This document shows, one piece after another, positions 16,858 to 25,721 of a stretch of DNA of 51,567 nucleotides (position 1 is the first letter of the stretch; the number at the start of each line of letters is the position of its first letter). The DNA is from Candidatus Microgenomates bacterium (GTDB lineage: Bacteria > Patescibacteriota > Microgenomatia > UBA1400 > PJMF01). The translations under genes and the position numbers were made by a program. Under the pieces are notes generated by a model. It did no database searches, had not been told where the DNA came from, and saw nothing but the letters and a program-made list of their open reading frames with translations. The stretch covers positions 1-51,567 of the forward strand of contig WFRK01000026.1 of assembly GCA_015486535.1 (NCBI GenBank). Reading direction: 5' to 3'.

Positions 16858-17124
16858 TTAAAGATTGGCAAAAAACTCCTTTAGATCAGTGACAACTATA
16901 GCTTTATCTTGTTCTTTTAAAGCCTTTTGATAACTTTTTTCTACCATCTCACTTGCCTGATAAGTAGGGTAAATAGAGTCCTTAACATCGGTGATTACTA
17001 GGTGTCTTAGGTAGGCGGAAAGGCTGAGTCCAAATTGACTAGCTTTAGATCTTGCCAAGCCATAAAGCTCCGTAGGTAAAGTAACTTTTATTTGACTAGA
17101 AGGTGATAAAGTTTTGACTTGCAT
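16858..17124 (-). CDS. Type II antitoxin, ribbon-helix-helix-like
   Basis: 88 aa. The N-terminal beta-strand plus helices (IKVTLPTELYGLARSKASQFGLSLSAYLRHLV) are typical of CopG/RHH antitoxins. It ends 26 nt upstream of the toxin gene. Confidence 0.6.
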   Translation of the reverse strand: MQVKTLSPSSQIKVTLPTELYGLARSKASQFGLSLSAYLRHLVITDVKDSIYPTYQASEMVEKSYQKALKEQDKAIVVTDLKEFFANL

Positions 17125-17126
17125 GA

Positions 17127-17148
17127 CCTAATCATAGCACTAATTAGG
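17127..17148. promoter_or_regulatory. Inverted repeat (CCTAAT-N10-ATTAGG), candidate autoregulatory operator of the RHH/RelE pair
   Basis: CCTAAT at 17127-17132 and ATTAGG at 17143-17148. The repeat begins 3 nt upstream of the antitoxin start codon (17124). Confidence 0.3.
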
Positions 17149-17200
17149 GACTGATCAAGGACTAAATTGAGATTTTTAGTTAAGTGATTGATGTTAAAAT

Positions 17201-18376
17201 ATGTTTATGGCAAAAAACAAACCCAGAACCTACTACATCAAGACTTATGGTTGTCAGTATAACAAGGCTGATTCGGAGAGAATCGCCGCTGATTACCAAG
17301 CGCGTGGTATGGTTGAGATTGACAACTGGCGCGAAGCTGATGAAGTTGTGATTAATACTTGTGCTGTGCGCCAGTCAGCAGAGGATCGAGTTCACGGATT
17401 TTTGAATAATATCAAAATTTATTTAGCTGAAAATCAAAAGCCGAAGCCTAAATTGATTCTAACTGGTTGCATGACTCATTATGGAAGTGAAAAACTTTTG
17501 GAGATGTTACCAATGATTGACGAAGTTTTGCCGGTGAATGAAGTTGGTTTTAATTATCAGGCTTTGCGCAAGGACAAACATCATGCCTTTGTGCAGATTT
17601 CGACCGGTTGTAACTCATTTTGTACTTATTGTATTGTGCCTTACTCTCGGGGGCGAGAACGGTCACGTCCATTTGCGGAAATAATCAAGGAGATAAAGTT
17701 ACTGGCTGATCAGGGCTATACGGAAATCACTTTAGTGGGGATGAATGTTAATTCTTGGGGATTGGAAAAAGTGGGTGTGCCCTTAAGGAAGATGTTGATG
17801 GACCGAGGGAAAAAGATTTTACCGAGCGACTTACCGGAAAATGCCAGTCAATATTTGAAACCAAATGGTACACCACCATTTGTAAAGTTGCTACAAGCGA
17901 TTTCCGAATTTGATCAGATTAAAAAAATTCGTTTTTTAACTAGTAACCCGTGGGATTTTCACGATGAGCTAATCAAGGAAGTTGGCAAAAATAAAAAAAT
18001 CGATCGTTACGTGCATTTGCCGGTTCAATCTGGCAGCAATAGTGTGTTGCAACGGATGAATCGCGGTTATACGCGTGAAAGTTATTTGACTGTGGTCAAA
18101 AAGTTAAAGCAAGCTGATGAAAACATTACTATCGGCACCGATATCATTGTTGGCTTTCCGGGTGAAACAGAAGCGGAATTTCAAGAAACGGTGTCCTTGG
18201 CGAAACAAATTGATTTCAAAATCGCTTTTGTGGCCATGTACTCACCTCGACCAGGTACCGTTGCTTGGCGACTTTATGAGGATGATATTCCACACAAAGA
18301 AAAGAAACGCCGTTGGCTTATTTTGGATCGATTAATCAACAGGAAACACCTTAATGAACGACCGAAAATTGTCTGA
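17201..18376 (+). CDS. miaB: tRNA methylthiotransferase MiaB-like (radical SAM), apparently without a TRAM domain
   Basis: 391 aa. The N-terminal UPF0004 cysteines are YGCQYN, NTCAVR and TGCM. The radical-SAM motif is CNSFCTYCIVPYSRG, and YSPRPGT is present. The ORF ends ~35 aa after YSPRPGT, where MiaB normally carries a TRAM domain. Confidence 0.8.
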   Translation: MFMAKNKPRTYYIKTYGCQYNKADSERIAADYQARGMVEIDNWREADEVVINTCAVRQSAEDRVHGFLNNIKIYLAENQKPKPKLILTGCMTHYGSEKLLEMLPMIDEVLPVNEVGFNYQALRKDKHHAFVQISTGCNSFCTYCIVPYSRGRERSRPFAEIIKEIKLLADQGYTEITLVGMNVNSWGLEKVGVPLRKMLMDRGKKILPSDLPENASQYLKPNGTPPFVKLLQAISEFDQIKKIRFLTSNPWDFHDELIKEVGKNKKIDRYVHLPVQSGSNSVLQRMNRGYTRESYLTVVKKLKQADENITIGTDIIVGFPGETEAEFQETVSLAKQIDFKIAFVAMYSPRPGTVAWRLYEDDIPHKEKKRRWLILDRLINRKHLNERPKIV

Positions 18377-19319
18377 TCAATTAACCCGGTTGACTAAACC
18401 AGAACGGCCTATTTTTGCCGTTATTGGTCCAACCGCTTCCGGCAAGACGAGTCGCGCCTTGGCATTAGCCGATAATCTATTGGCTGATTACCAGGGTGTT
18501 AATTTAATTTCGGTCGATTCACGCCAAGTTTATCGAGGTTTAGAAATTTTGACCGGCGCAGATGTACCTAAAAAATTTAAGCAAGTAGATAATTTCAGTC
18601 TCCTTCCCCACCCTTTTTATCAACACCAAAAAAAGTCAATAAGACTGCATGGCATCAGTATTGTTGATCTAAAAAAAGATTGGTCGGTGAGCCATTTTCT
18701 CGATTTTGCAAGCTACATCATTGATTGGTCGGTTAAACACAAGCGGGCGGTAATTTTAGTTGGTGGTACCGGCTTATATCATCGCCAATTGCGTTTACTG
18801 CTTGAAGGCAAAGAGATGATTGACGTGCCACCAAACCCAGAGATTAGAGAAAAAGCGGAAAAAATGTCGGTACGTCAGTTGCAGAATTGGTTGAAAGAAG
18901 TTGACAAAGAGAAATTGGCGAGGATGAATCAGTCTGATAAAAATAATCCGCGCCGGTTAATTCGGGCAATTGAGATAGCAAGCACCCCTTTACCTTCCAG
19001 AATTTCATTAAAGACCCAGTGGCAGAGGAAATTTGACTATCAAATGATATCAGTTTTTCCGGACAATCTTGATCAGTTAAAAGTAAAGATTAGAAAACGA
19101 GTGATCGGAAGATTAAACAATGGTGTTGTTGAGGAAGTAAAACACTTGTTGAGACTTGATTTATCTCCTACCAGTCAAGTGATGACCACGTTAGGTGTGC
19201 CGGAAATGAGGCAGTTTTTGATTGGTAAGTTGACAAAGGCAGAATTAATTGATCTATGGGCACTACATGAATTCCAATATGCTAAAAGGCAGCTGGTTTG
19301 GTGGAGGAAACACCTGTAG
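18354..19319 (+). CDS. miaA: tRNA dimethylallyltransferase
   Basis: 321 aa. It has the P-loop GPTASGKTS, VDSRQVYRGLEILTG and GGTGLY. It overlaps the miaB 3' end by 23 nt. Confidence 0.88.
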   Translation: MNDRKLSDQLTRLTKPERPIFAVIGPTASGKTSRALALADNLLADYQGVNLISVDSRQVYRGLEILTGADVPKKFKQVDNFSLLPHPFYQHQKKSIRLHGISIVDLKKDWSVSHFLDFASYIIDWSVKHKRAVILVGGTGLYHRQLRLLLEGKEMIDVPPNPEIREKAEKMSVRQLQNWLKEVDKEKLARMNQSDKNNPRRLIRAIEIASTPLPSRISLKTQWQRKFDYQMISVFPDNLDQLKVKIRKRVIGRLNNGVVEEVKHLLRLDLSPTSQVMTTLGVPEMRQFLIGKLTKAELIDLWALHEFQYAKRQLVWWRKHL

Positions 19320-19396
19320 CTAGAACAGCCATGCATCAAAGCTTTACTAGCTTGATGAGTAAAACCAACATAGATTATTTAGTCCTTTAAGTTTTC

Positions 19397-19425
19397 TTGA
19401 GAATAATGCTATTTTATAGTATAAT
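19397..19425 (+). promoter_or_regulatory. Promoter of RNase P RNA
   Basis: TTGAGA (19397-19402), a 17-nt spacer and TATAAT (19420-19425). The predicted start, ~7 nt downstream, coincides with the first base of the P1 helix (19433). Confidence 0.55.
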
Positions 19426-19432
19426 TATCTCT

Positions 19433-19766
19433 GGTTGTTCAGTCCAGACGATGGCCTCAGTTGGTTTATCCAACTGGGGAGGAAAGTCCGGACAGCAAAG
19501 CGCGGGGTGCCCGGTGAAAACCGGGGCTTTCGACTCAAATCGAAATGACAGTTAGAGCCACAGTGACGATCCGGGTAGCGCCGGGTGAAACGGCCCAAGC
19601 GATTGGGGTTTCGTTAAATTGTGAGATTAAACGAAGGCAATCCTCCCTGCTGCAACCGCCGAACTTCACCACAATGCAAGCGCTTGTTTTCTTGGTGATA
19701 AGGTCGCGGGCATAAGATAGATCATCGTCTGAAACACAGAATCCGGCTTATGGACTGGACGACCAC
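19433..19766 (+). ncRNA. rnpB: RNase P RNA, bacterial type A, compact (~334 nt)
   Basis: Universal P4 strands are GGAGGAAAGTCCGGAC (19468-19483) and ACAGAATCCGGCTTA (19736-19750). P1 pairs GGTTGTTCAGTCC with GGACTGGACGACC. P2 pairs GACGATG with CATCGTC. P3 is the hairpin CAGTTGG-TTTAT-CCAACTG. Confidence 0.9.
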
Positions 19767-19823
19767 CTCTTTTTAGGTTATACTAAACACCGTATAATAT
19801 ACTATTAACTCAAGGAAGTTTTT

Positions 19824-20525
19824 ATGCTAACTGCTTTCAATACCCAAGTCTATTTTGAGCAGATGTTCTTGTTTTTGCCCAAAATTATTTTTGCCTTTTT
19901 AATTTTAGTGATCGGCTTTCTTTTGGCGCGCTTTTTTAAACATTTAACCAGTCGTCTATTGGCAAATGTTAATTTAACGACGATGGTTAAAAATACCCCT
20001 TTGGGTGAGTTTCTTTCCAGCAGTCACTTGATGGATAAAGCTGATCGCATGCTAAGCAACCTGGTTTATTGGTTAGTTTTGTTGTTGGTTGTTTATTTAA
20101 GTGCTTCAGTCATTGAATTTACTTCTTTAGCAATATTAATTTGGCAAATTTTTGCTTATATCCCCAATATCCTAACCGCTTCGGTCGTCTTGATCATCGG
20201 AGTCATTTTAGCCGGTTTGGTGGAAACGATGGTCAAAAATATGGCGCGCAGTTTTGATTCTCATAGTGCCATTCTCTTGGGGAAAATGTCTAGTTACATG
20301 GTCGTATCACTGACCATGCTAATTGTTCTGTCCGAGTTAGGTATTGCGCGCGAGTTTATTATGATTATGTTTATGGGTTTGGTCAGTGCCTTTGCTTTGG
20401 CTTTTGGTCTAGCTGTCGGTTTGGGAGGGCAACATTTAGTCAAAGAAATTTTAGGTGACTGGTATCAGCGTCGTTCTCAGTTTTTACCAGCAAAAGAAGC
20501 AAAGCATACCAAAGATAAACACTAA
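19824..20525 (+). CDS. Membrane protein with repeated 'conserved TM helix' motif (MscS N-terminal-like)
   Basis: 233 aa. It has two similar segments, LPKIIFAFLILVIGFLLARFF and IPNILTASVVLIIGVILAGLVE, and no recognisable channel beta-domain. An AAGGAAG ribosome-binding site lies upstream. Confidence 0.45.
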   Translation: MLTAFNTQVYFEQMFLFLPKIIFAFLILVIGFLLARFFKHLTSRLLANVNLTTMVKNTPLGEFLSSSHLMDKADRMLSNLVYWLVLLLVVYLSASVIEFTSLAILIWQIFAYIPNILTASVVLIIGVILAGLVETMVKNMARSFDSHSAILLGKMSSYMVVSLTMLIVLSELGIAREFIMIMFMGLVSAFALAFGLAVGLGGQHLVKEILGDWYQRRSQFLPAKEAKHTKDKH

Positions 20526-20537
20526 TTTTCCTCTTGC

Positions 20538-21143
20538 CTACTGTTTTCCCAGATGAAGTACTACTAAACAACCCGAATTGTGACTGTATGATTTGAGACT
20601 GTGGCAATCGACCGTTAAACCCATATCTTCATATTTTGGTTCTAGTAATTGCTGGTTGTGACGTTTACTTTGCATCCAGTCGTGGAAAGTATGCCAAGCG
20701 CTCGGTTGATCGAAGGCTAAATTTTCTCCCGCTAATTGATAATGATAATTAGCTTGATCAAAAAATTGCCAAGGAGCGCGATTCTGTTTATCTATGTGGC
20801 GCCAATAATGATATTTGATCATGTCGTTTAATTTTAGTTGACTGCTTAACTCAAGTGTTTGGTTTATCCTCAACGGACTTAATTTTTTCTCTTGACGATA
20901 AGCGTTAATCAACTGGTAAAGTTTCGATTTAAATTGAGTTTCTCGATTATTGGTAATTTTTGTTGATAAAATCGATGATTGGGTAGCCTGAGCTTTGGCG
21001 CTTTCATCTGCTGATTTTTCTTTTTGTTGAACAAAGAAAAATGGTTTTTTCTGATTCCATTTTATTTGACGCAGTCTGAACCAAACGAATGAACTCAAAC
21101 TAATTGTCAGAATAACAATTAAAAATTTTGTTGATGATCGCAC
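20538..21143 (-). CDS. CAP/SCP-domain (YkwD-like) secreted or anchored protein
   Basis: 201 aa with an N-terminal hydrophobic anchor. LINAYRQEKKLSPLRINQTLELSSQLKLNDM...AGENLAF...WMQSKRHNQQLLEPKYEDMG fits the CAP-domain pattern. Confidence 0.6.
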   Translation of the reverse strand: MRSSTKFLIVILTISLSSFVWFRLRQIKWNQKKPFFFVQQKEKSADESAKAQATQSSILSTKITNNRETQFKSKLYQLINAYRQEKKLSPLRINQTLELSSQLKLNDMIKYHYWRHIDKQNRAPWQFFDQANYHYQLAGENLAFDQPSAWHTFHDWMQSKRHNQQLLEPKYEDMGLTVDCHSLKSYSHNSGCLVVLHLGKQ

Positions 21144-21196
21144 TTTTTCAGCTTAATCAATTTATAATCAAAAGTATAGTAGAATAATGGTCAATA

Positions 21197-22198
21197 ATGA
21201 TAAAAAATCCAAGCCACCCAAAGCAGAAAAAAGTGGTCACTATCGGCGGTGGCAGTGGCCAATATATCTTACTTTCTGCTTTGCGAGATTTTACTGATCT
21301 TGATATTAGCGCCATTGTTTCCATGGCAGACAGTGGTGGTAGTACTGGACGTCTCCGTGACGAACTCGGTGTTCTGCCCCCGGGAGATATTCTCAAATGT
21401 TTGGTGGCTTTATCAAAGAAGCGCAATCGTTATCGAGAATTATTAATGAAACGATTCACTGATCCGCAAAATCAAAAATTAATTGGCCATAGTGTCGGCA
21501 ATATGTTATTGACCTTTTTGTCAGAATATATTGATGATTTTCCGGCAGCAACGATTGCTTTTGGCAAACTATTAGAGTCTCAAGGGAAAGTATTGCCGGT
21601 GACGATTAATAAAATCAACCTCATTGCGACCTTGGCCGATGGAAAAAAAATTGTTGGTGAAACAAATATAGATATTAGCCAAGAATCAAACCGGGCCCGC
21701 ATTGTTGATTTAGCTCTAAGTAGTGTTGATCACCAGAAGATTCAAGCTTATCCACCGGCGTTGGAGGCGATTGAGGAGGCCGATGAGATTATTATTGGTC
21801 CGGGAGATATCTATACTTCAATTCTACCGAATCTGATTATTCCACAAATGAAACAAGCGATTGGTCGATCGCGAGCCAAACTTATTTATGTTGTTAATTT
21901 GATGACGAAAAAAGGCGAGACAGATGGTTTTTCAGGTGATGATTTTGTCAAATTAATTGAGCAATATCTTGATCGAAAGATTAATATTATTATTGCCAAC
22001 TCGGCTAAACCGGATAAACGTATTTTAAAACCCTATCAGCTTGAAGGAGCCGAGTTGGTTAGTTTACCGGATGAAGATGTATGGACTCAAGCAAAAATTG
22101 TTACTGCTGATCTTTTGAGTACGAAGGGCGATTTGGCTCGTCACGATGCGAAAAAATTAAGAAAAACGCTGAAGAAGGTTTTTTCGAATTTTACCTAA
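21197..22198 (+). CDS. yvcK: YvcK/CofD-like (gluconeogenesis factor family) protein
   Basis: 333 aa. It has VVTIGGGSGQYILLSAL, ADSGGSTGRLRDE and IIIGPGDIYTSILPNLI, all signatures of the UPF0052/YvcK family. Confidence 0.8.
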   Translation: MIKNPSHPKQKKVVTIGGGSGQYILLSALRDFTDLDISAIVSMADSGGSTGRLRDELGVLPPGDILKCLVALSKKRNRYRELLMKRFTDPQNQKLIGHSVGNMLLTFLSEYIDDFPAATIAFGKLLESQGKVLPVTINKINLIATLADGKKIVGETNIDISQESNRARIVDLALSSVDHQKIQAYPPALEAIEEADEIIIGPGDIYTSILPNLIIPQMKQAIGRSRAKLIYVVNLMTKKGETDGFSGDDFVKLIEQYLDRKINIIIANSAKPDKRILKPYQLEGAELVSLPDEDVWTQAKIVTADLLSTKGDLARHDAKKLRKTLKKVFSNFT

Positions 22199-22266
22199 CG
22201 CTTGGGTACAATCTAATCAAAATTAATTAATAAAAATAGAAACAGACCAACTTAAGTGGTTGAATT

Positions 22267-22560
22267 CTAAACGAATCTGATTTCCACCTTTTTACCAAGC
22301 GCTAGCGCAGCGGAGATGAGGGTATTGAGGGTCAAAGAGGTGTTATGTGGGTCAAATAGTCGATTGACCGCTGCGCGTGAAGTTTTCATTCTTTTGGCCA
22401 GTGCCGTTTTTGATATCCCCTGCTCTTTTCTTAAATCTTCCAGTTCTAGAGCCATAACGTTTTTGATTGCCTTTTGGGTAATCTCTTCCCTTACTCCAAG
22501 TTCGTCAAGGAATTCGTCAAGGGTGCAGTCTATATTTGGATGAGAGTAAGTTTTTTTCAT
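22267..22560 (-). CDS. Type II antitoxin, XRE-family helix-turn-helix (HigA-like)
   Basis: 97 aa. The HTH is LRKEQGISKTALAKRMKTSRAAVNRLF. It lies downstream of a Gp49/HigB-like gene and overlaps it by 44 nt. Confidence 0.65.
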   Translation of the reverse strand: MKKTYSHPNIDCTLDEFLDELGVREEITQKAIKNVMALELEDLRKEQGISKTALAKRMKTSRAAVNRLFDPHNTSLTLNTLISAALALGKKVEIRFV

Positions 22561-22918
22561 ATTTTATCTTTCTTTTTAAAGCAAGTTTTATAAGGTTAGT
22601 TGGTAGTTTATTAGTTTTTTTAACAAAGCCATGTAGCAATACAATGCGTTTATTTTCTTTGTCTATAGTAAATATTATTCTTACCGTTTGCCTGTTCAAT
22701 CTCGATCTAAGTTCCCACAATTTAGGGTTAATTTTCTTTACCAGTGGCAAGCCAATTGGCCAGCGTAGTTCTAAAGTTTTGATGTCCTCTAAGATTGCTA
22801 ATATATTTTGCTTGTTAAGCTGTTTAAACCACTTACGTAAGATTTTGTTTTCTCTGTCGTCTTGATAAAGTATTGCTTTATATGTTGGTTGATGCCTTAA
22901 CTGTGGATACTGTATCAT
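22517..22918 (-). CDS. Type II toxin, HigB/Gp49-like (RelE/ParE superfamily)
   Basis: 133 aa. KILRKWFKQL...ILEDIKTLE...KLWELRSRLNRQTVRIIFTIDKENKRIVLLHGFVKKTNKLP matches the phage Gp49/DUF891-type toxin pattern. The toxin-first gene order is typical of HigBA. Confidence 0.6.
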   Translation of the reverse strand: MIQYPQLRHQPTYKAILYQDDRENKILRKWFKQLNKQNILAILEDIKTLELRWPIGLPLVKKINPKLWELRSRLNRQTVRIIFTIDKENKRIVLLHGFVKKTNKLPTNLIKLALKRKIKYEKNLLSSKYRLHP

Positions 22919-22959
22919 TTTTGGTTCGTTTTGTCAAATTTAGAATTGAGAGGTTTCAG

Positions 22960-24465
22960 CTAGCGATACTGTAAAGCTTCAGCAATAAAATCAGTTTCTA
23001 TTCGATTGACACCAGCTAGATCAGCAATGGTTTTGGCGACCTTGATGACCTTGAAATAACTTCTGGCGGATAAACCAAGTCGTTTTGTTGCTTCGCTAAG
23101 AAGTTGATTGGCCGCTTCAGTCAAGTGACAGTATTTTTCAATATCTTTGGATAAGAGAGCGCTATTTGTCAAATAATCTGTTGATCGGTAACGTTTTAGT
23201 TGGCGTTGTCTTGCTTGAATCACTCGTTGGCGGATTTCAGCCGACGTTTCATTTGCTTGTTTCTCCTTTTTGGTCAGGGCCTTAATCGCTACGGCGGCAA
23301 CACTTAATTTAACGTCGATGCGATCAAGCACCGGTCCTGAGAGTCGTTGCTGATAGCGGGCAATCGCCAGAGGACTACAATGACAGCGTTTTTGTTTGAA
23401 ACCATAGTAACCACAAGGACAAGGGTTGGCCGCAGCCAAAAGTATAAAGGAAGCGGGATAGCGCGCGCTGCCGGCAGCGCGCGCAATTGTCACCACCCCG
23501 TCCTCCATCGGTTGTCTTAATGCTTCTAGAGCGGCACGACTAAACTCAGGAATTTCATCCAAAAACAACACGCCTCGATGGGCAAGAGAAATTTCTCCCG
23601 GTTTTAAATTACTACCGCCACCCACCAGACCTGCTTGAGAAATGGTATGGTGGGGATTACGAAAAGGTCGTTGATGAATCAGACCGGTCTTATAAGTCAG
23701 TCCGGCAATGGAAAAAATTTTTGTGACTTCGATTGCTTCTCTTTCTGTCAATGGTGGCAAAATGGATGGAAAAGTTTTTGCTAGGAGACTCTTCCCTGCT
23801 CCCGGCGGACCGATCATCATTAAGTTGTGACCACCGGCAGCGCAAATTTCCAGAGCTCGTTTTGCTTGTGTCTGTCCCCGAATATCAGCAAAATCTAGAG
23901 TGTGTTTCATCTGAGTTTGAGAAAATTTATGTGGCCTGAGACTTTTTAGTGCGCTTGCTCGGTGGTTAGCAAAGGCAATAAAATCATTCAGGTGTTTAAC
24001 CGGATAAATTTTGATACCATGAATGATATTAACCTCAAGTTCATTGGCCTGAGGTAAAAAGACACTTTTGAAGCCCATTTCCTTGGCCGCAATTACTAGT
24101 GGTAAAGCGCCACGAATTGGTCTTAAACTACCATCAAGTGAAAGTTCACCGAGGAAAATCGCCGTATCGGTGTTTAGTTTAATTTTTTGATAGAGTTGCA
24201 GTAAAGCGACAATAATAGCAAATTCAATTGCATTGTCTGATTTCTTCAGATTTGCCGGGGCCAGATTAACCACAGTCCGCTTTGATTTCGGTCTGATACC
24301 ACAGTGAAGTAAAGCGGCGGTAATACGCTCTTTTGCTTCATCAATCGCTTTATTTGGTAAACCGATAATGATAAATTTCGGCGCACCACGCACCGCATCA
24401 ATTTCGACTTCAATCTTAATCGGTTCCATTCCTCGCAACGTAGCGGAAAAAGTCTTAGCTAGCAT
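22960..24465 (-). CDS. comM: YifB/ComM family Mg-chelatase-like AAA+ ATPase
   Basis: 501 aa. An N-terminal Lon-protease-like ChlI domain is followed by Walker A GPPGAGKSLLA and Walker B VLFLDEIPEF. It also has a CxCG zinc motif (ANPCPCGYYG...CHC). Confidence 0.88.
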   Translation of the reverse strand: MLAKTFSATLRGMEPIKIEVEIDAVRGAPKFIIIGLPNKAIDEAKERITAALLHCGIRPKSKRTVVNLAPANLKKSDNAIEFAIIVALLQLYQKIKLNTDTAIFLGELSLDGSLRPIRGALPLVIAAKEMGFKSVFLPQANELEVNIIHGIKIYPVKHLNDFIAFANHRASALKSLRPHKFSQTQMKHTLDFADIRGQTQAKRALEICAAGGHNLMMIGPPGAGKSLLAKTFPSILPPLTEREAIEVTKIFSIAGLTYKTGLIHQRPFRNPHHTISQAGLVGGGSNLKPGEISLAHRGVLFLDEIPEFSRAALEALRQPMEDGVVTIARAAGSARYPASFILLAAANPCPCGYYGFKQKRCHCSPLAIARYQQRLSGPVLDRIDVKLSVAAVAIKALTKKEKQANETSAEIRQRVIQARQRQLKRYRSTDYLTNSALLSKDIEKYCHLTEAANQLLSEATKRLGLSARSYFKVIKVAKTIADLAGVNRIETDFIAEALQYR

Positions 24466-24514
24466 GAGCTAGCACTCTAACAGCAATTGATTGCAAAAAG
24501 CGTAGCGTTTTTGG

Positions 24515-25567
24515 TTATAGATCTACTTTCCCTAGCTGTTCCACTAAACGATTGCAGTAGCCCCATTCGTTATCATACCAACTGACAACCTTAACTAAAT
24601 TACCACCAATCACTTTGGTTAACTCCAAATCAACAATACTTGACTCATCTCGTCCGACAATATCGGAAGAGACAATTGGATCGTGAGCGACAGCAATGAT
24701 GCCTTTAAATCGTTCGCTTTGACTGGCATCAATGAAAGCTTGATTAACCTCTTCTTTAGTTGTTTCTTTTTTAAGTAAAAAAACCATATCCGAAAGTGAA
24801 CCGACCGGAGTTGGTACCCTCACCGCCATACCATCAAACAATCCCTGTAACTCCGGAATAACGTTGGCGGTTGCTTTGGCAGCGCCGGTGGTGGTGGGAA
24901 TGATGTTTTGAGCAGCAGTTCTAGCCCGTCTAAGGTCTTTTTTATGCGAGTTGTCTTGAGTGTTTTGATCATCGGTGTAGGAGTGAATAGTGGTAAGCAT
25001 CGCTTTTTCCACACCGAACTGCTCCGCCATTACTTGAGCAACAGGAGCAACACAGTTGGTGGTGCATGAGGCATTAGAGAATATTTTTGCCTGATGATCA
25101 AATTGATTGACACCGATGACTGCGGTTGAAACATTACCTCCTTTAGCCGGAGCGGAAATAATTACTTTTTTTGCTCCCGCTCGTAGATGAGCGCTCGCCG
25201 ACTCTTCAGTCCGGAAAACACCGGTTGATTCGATGACAATGTCAACACCATATTCTTGCCAAGGCAATTTAGCCGGATCACGTTGGGCGGTCACTCTAAT
25301 TTTGTGATCACCGATAATGATGTAACCTAAAAGTGGGTCTTGATCTGTCACCTCTTTCTTTCCCTTGATTTTTTTCACCTTAATCTCTGTGTCAAAGACG
25401 CCGTAGTTAGTGTCGTATTTTAAAAGGTGCGCCCACTGATCAATCTCCATTGAACCGGAAGTATTAATGGCGACCAAATCAGCCAAATGACGATCTTTCT
25501 TCCACCATACCCTTGTGGCTGTCCGCCCAATACGACCGAATCCGTTGATGGCAAAGTTAAGTGACAT
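24515..25567 (-). CDS. gap: Glyceraldehyde-3-phosphate dehydrogenase, type I
   Basis: It has INGFGRIGR, the active site SNASCTTNC and WYDNEWGY. The ORF track starts at 25609. I prefer the ATG at 25567 (MSLNFAINGFGRIGR), which follows AAAGGGA. Confidence 0.9.
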   Translation of the reverse strand: MSLNFAINGFGRIGRTATRVWWKKDRHLADLVAINTSGSMEIDQWAHLLKYDTNYGVFDTEIKVKKIKGKKEVTDQDPLLGYIIIGDHKIRVTAQRDPAKLPWQEYGVDIVIESTGVFRTEESASAHLRAGAKKVIISAPAKGGNVSTAVIGVNQFDHQAKIFSNASCTTNCVAPVAQVMAEQFGVEKAMLTTIHSYTDDQNTQDNSHKKDLRRARTAAQNIIPTTTGAAKATANVIPELQGLFDGMAVRVPTPVGSLSDMVFLLKKETTKEEVNQAFIDASQSERFKGIIAVAHDPIVSSDIVGRDESSIVDLELTKVIGGNLVKVVSWYDNEWGYCNRLVEQLGKVDL

Positions 25568-25611
25568 GGTTCCCTTTCTGTGTTTAGTTTCAAGTTTAGT
25601 TATGTTCACAT

Positions 25612-25639
25612 AAAATACCTTTAAATTTCTAAGGTATTT
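25612..25639 (-). terminator. Hairpin terminator between pyrH and gap
   Basis: An 11-bp perfect inverted repeat AAAATACCTTA / TAAGGTATTTT has a 6-nt loop. T-runs at both stem ends make it potentially bidirectional. Confidence 0.5.
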
Positions 25640-25721
25640 TGTTTACATAACAGCATACTCTTTACAGCATAGATTATTTTCGACCCATTTAATTAGACTT
25701 AAAACTTTTTGTTTTAATGAC

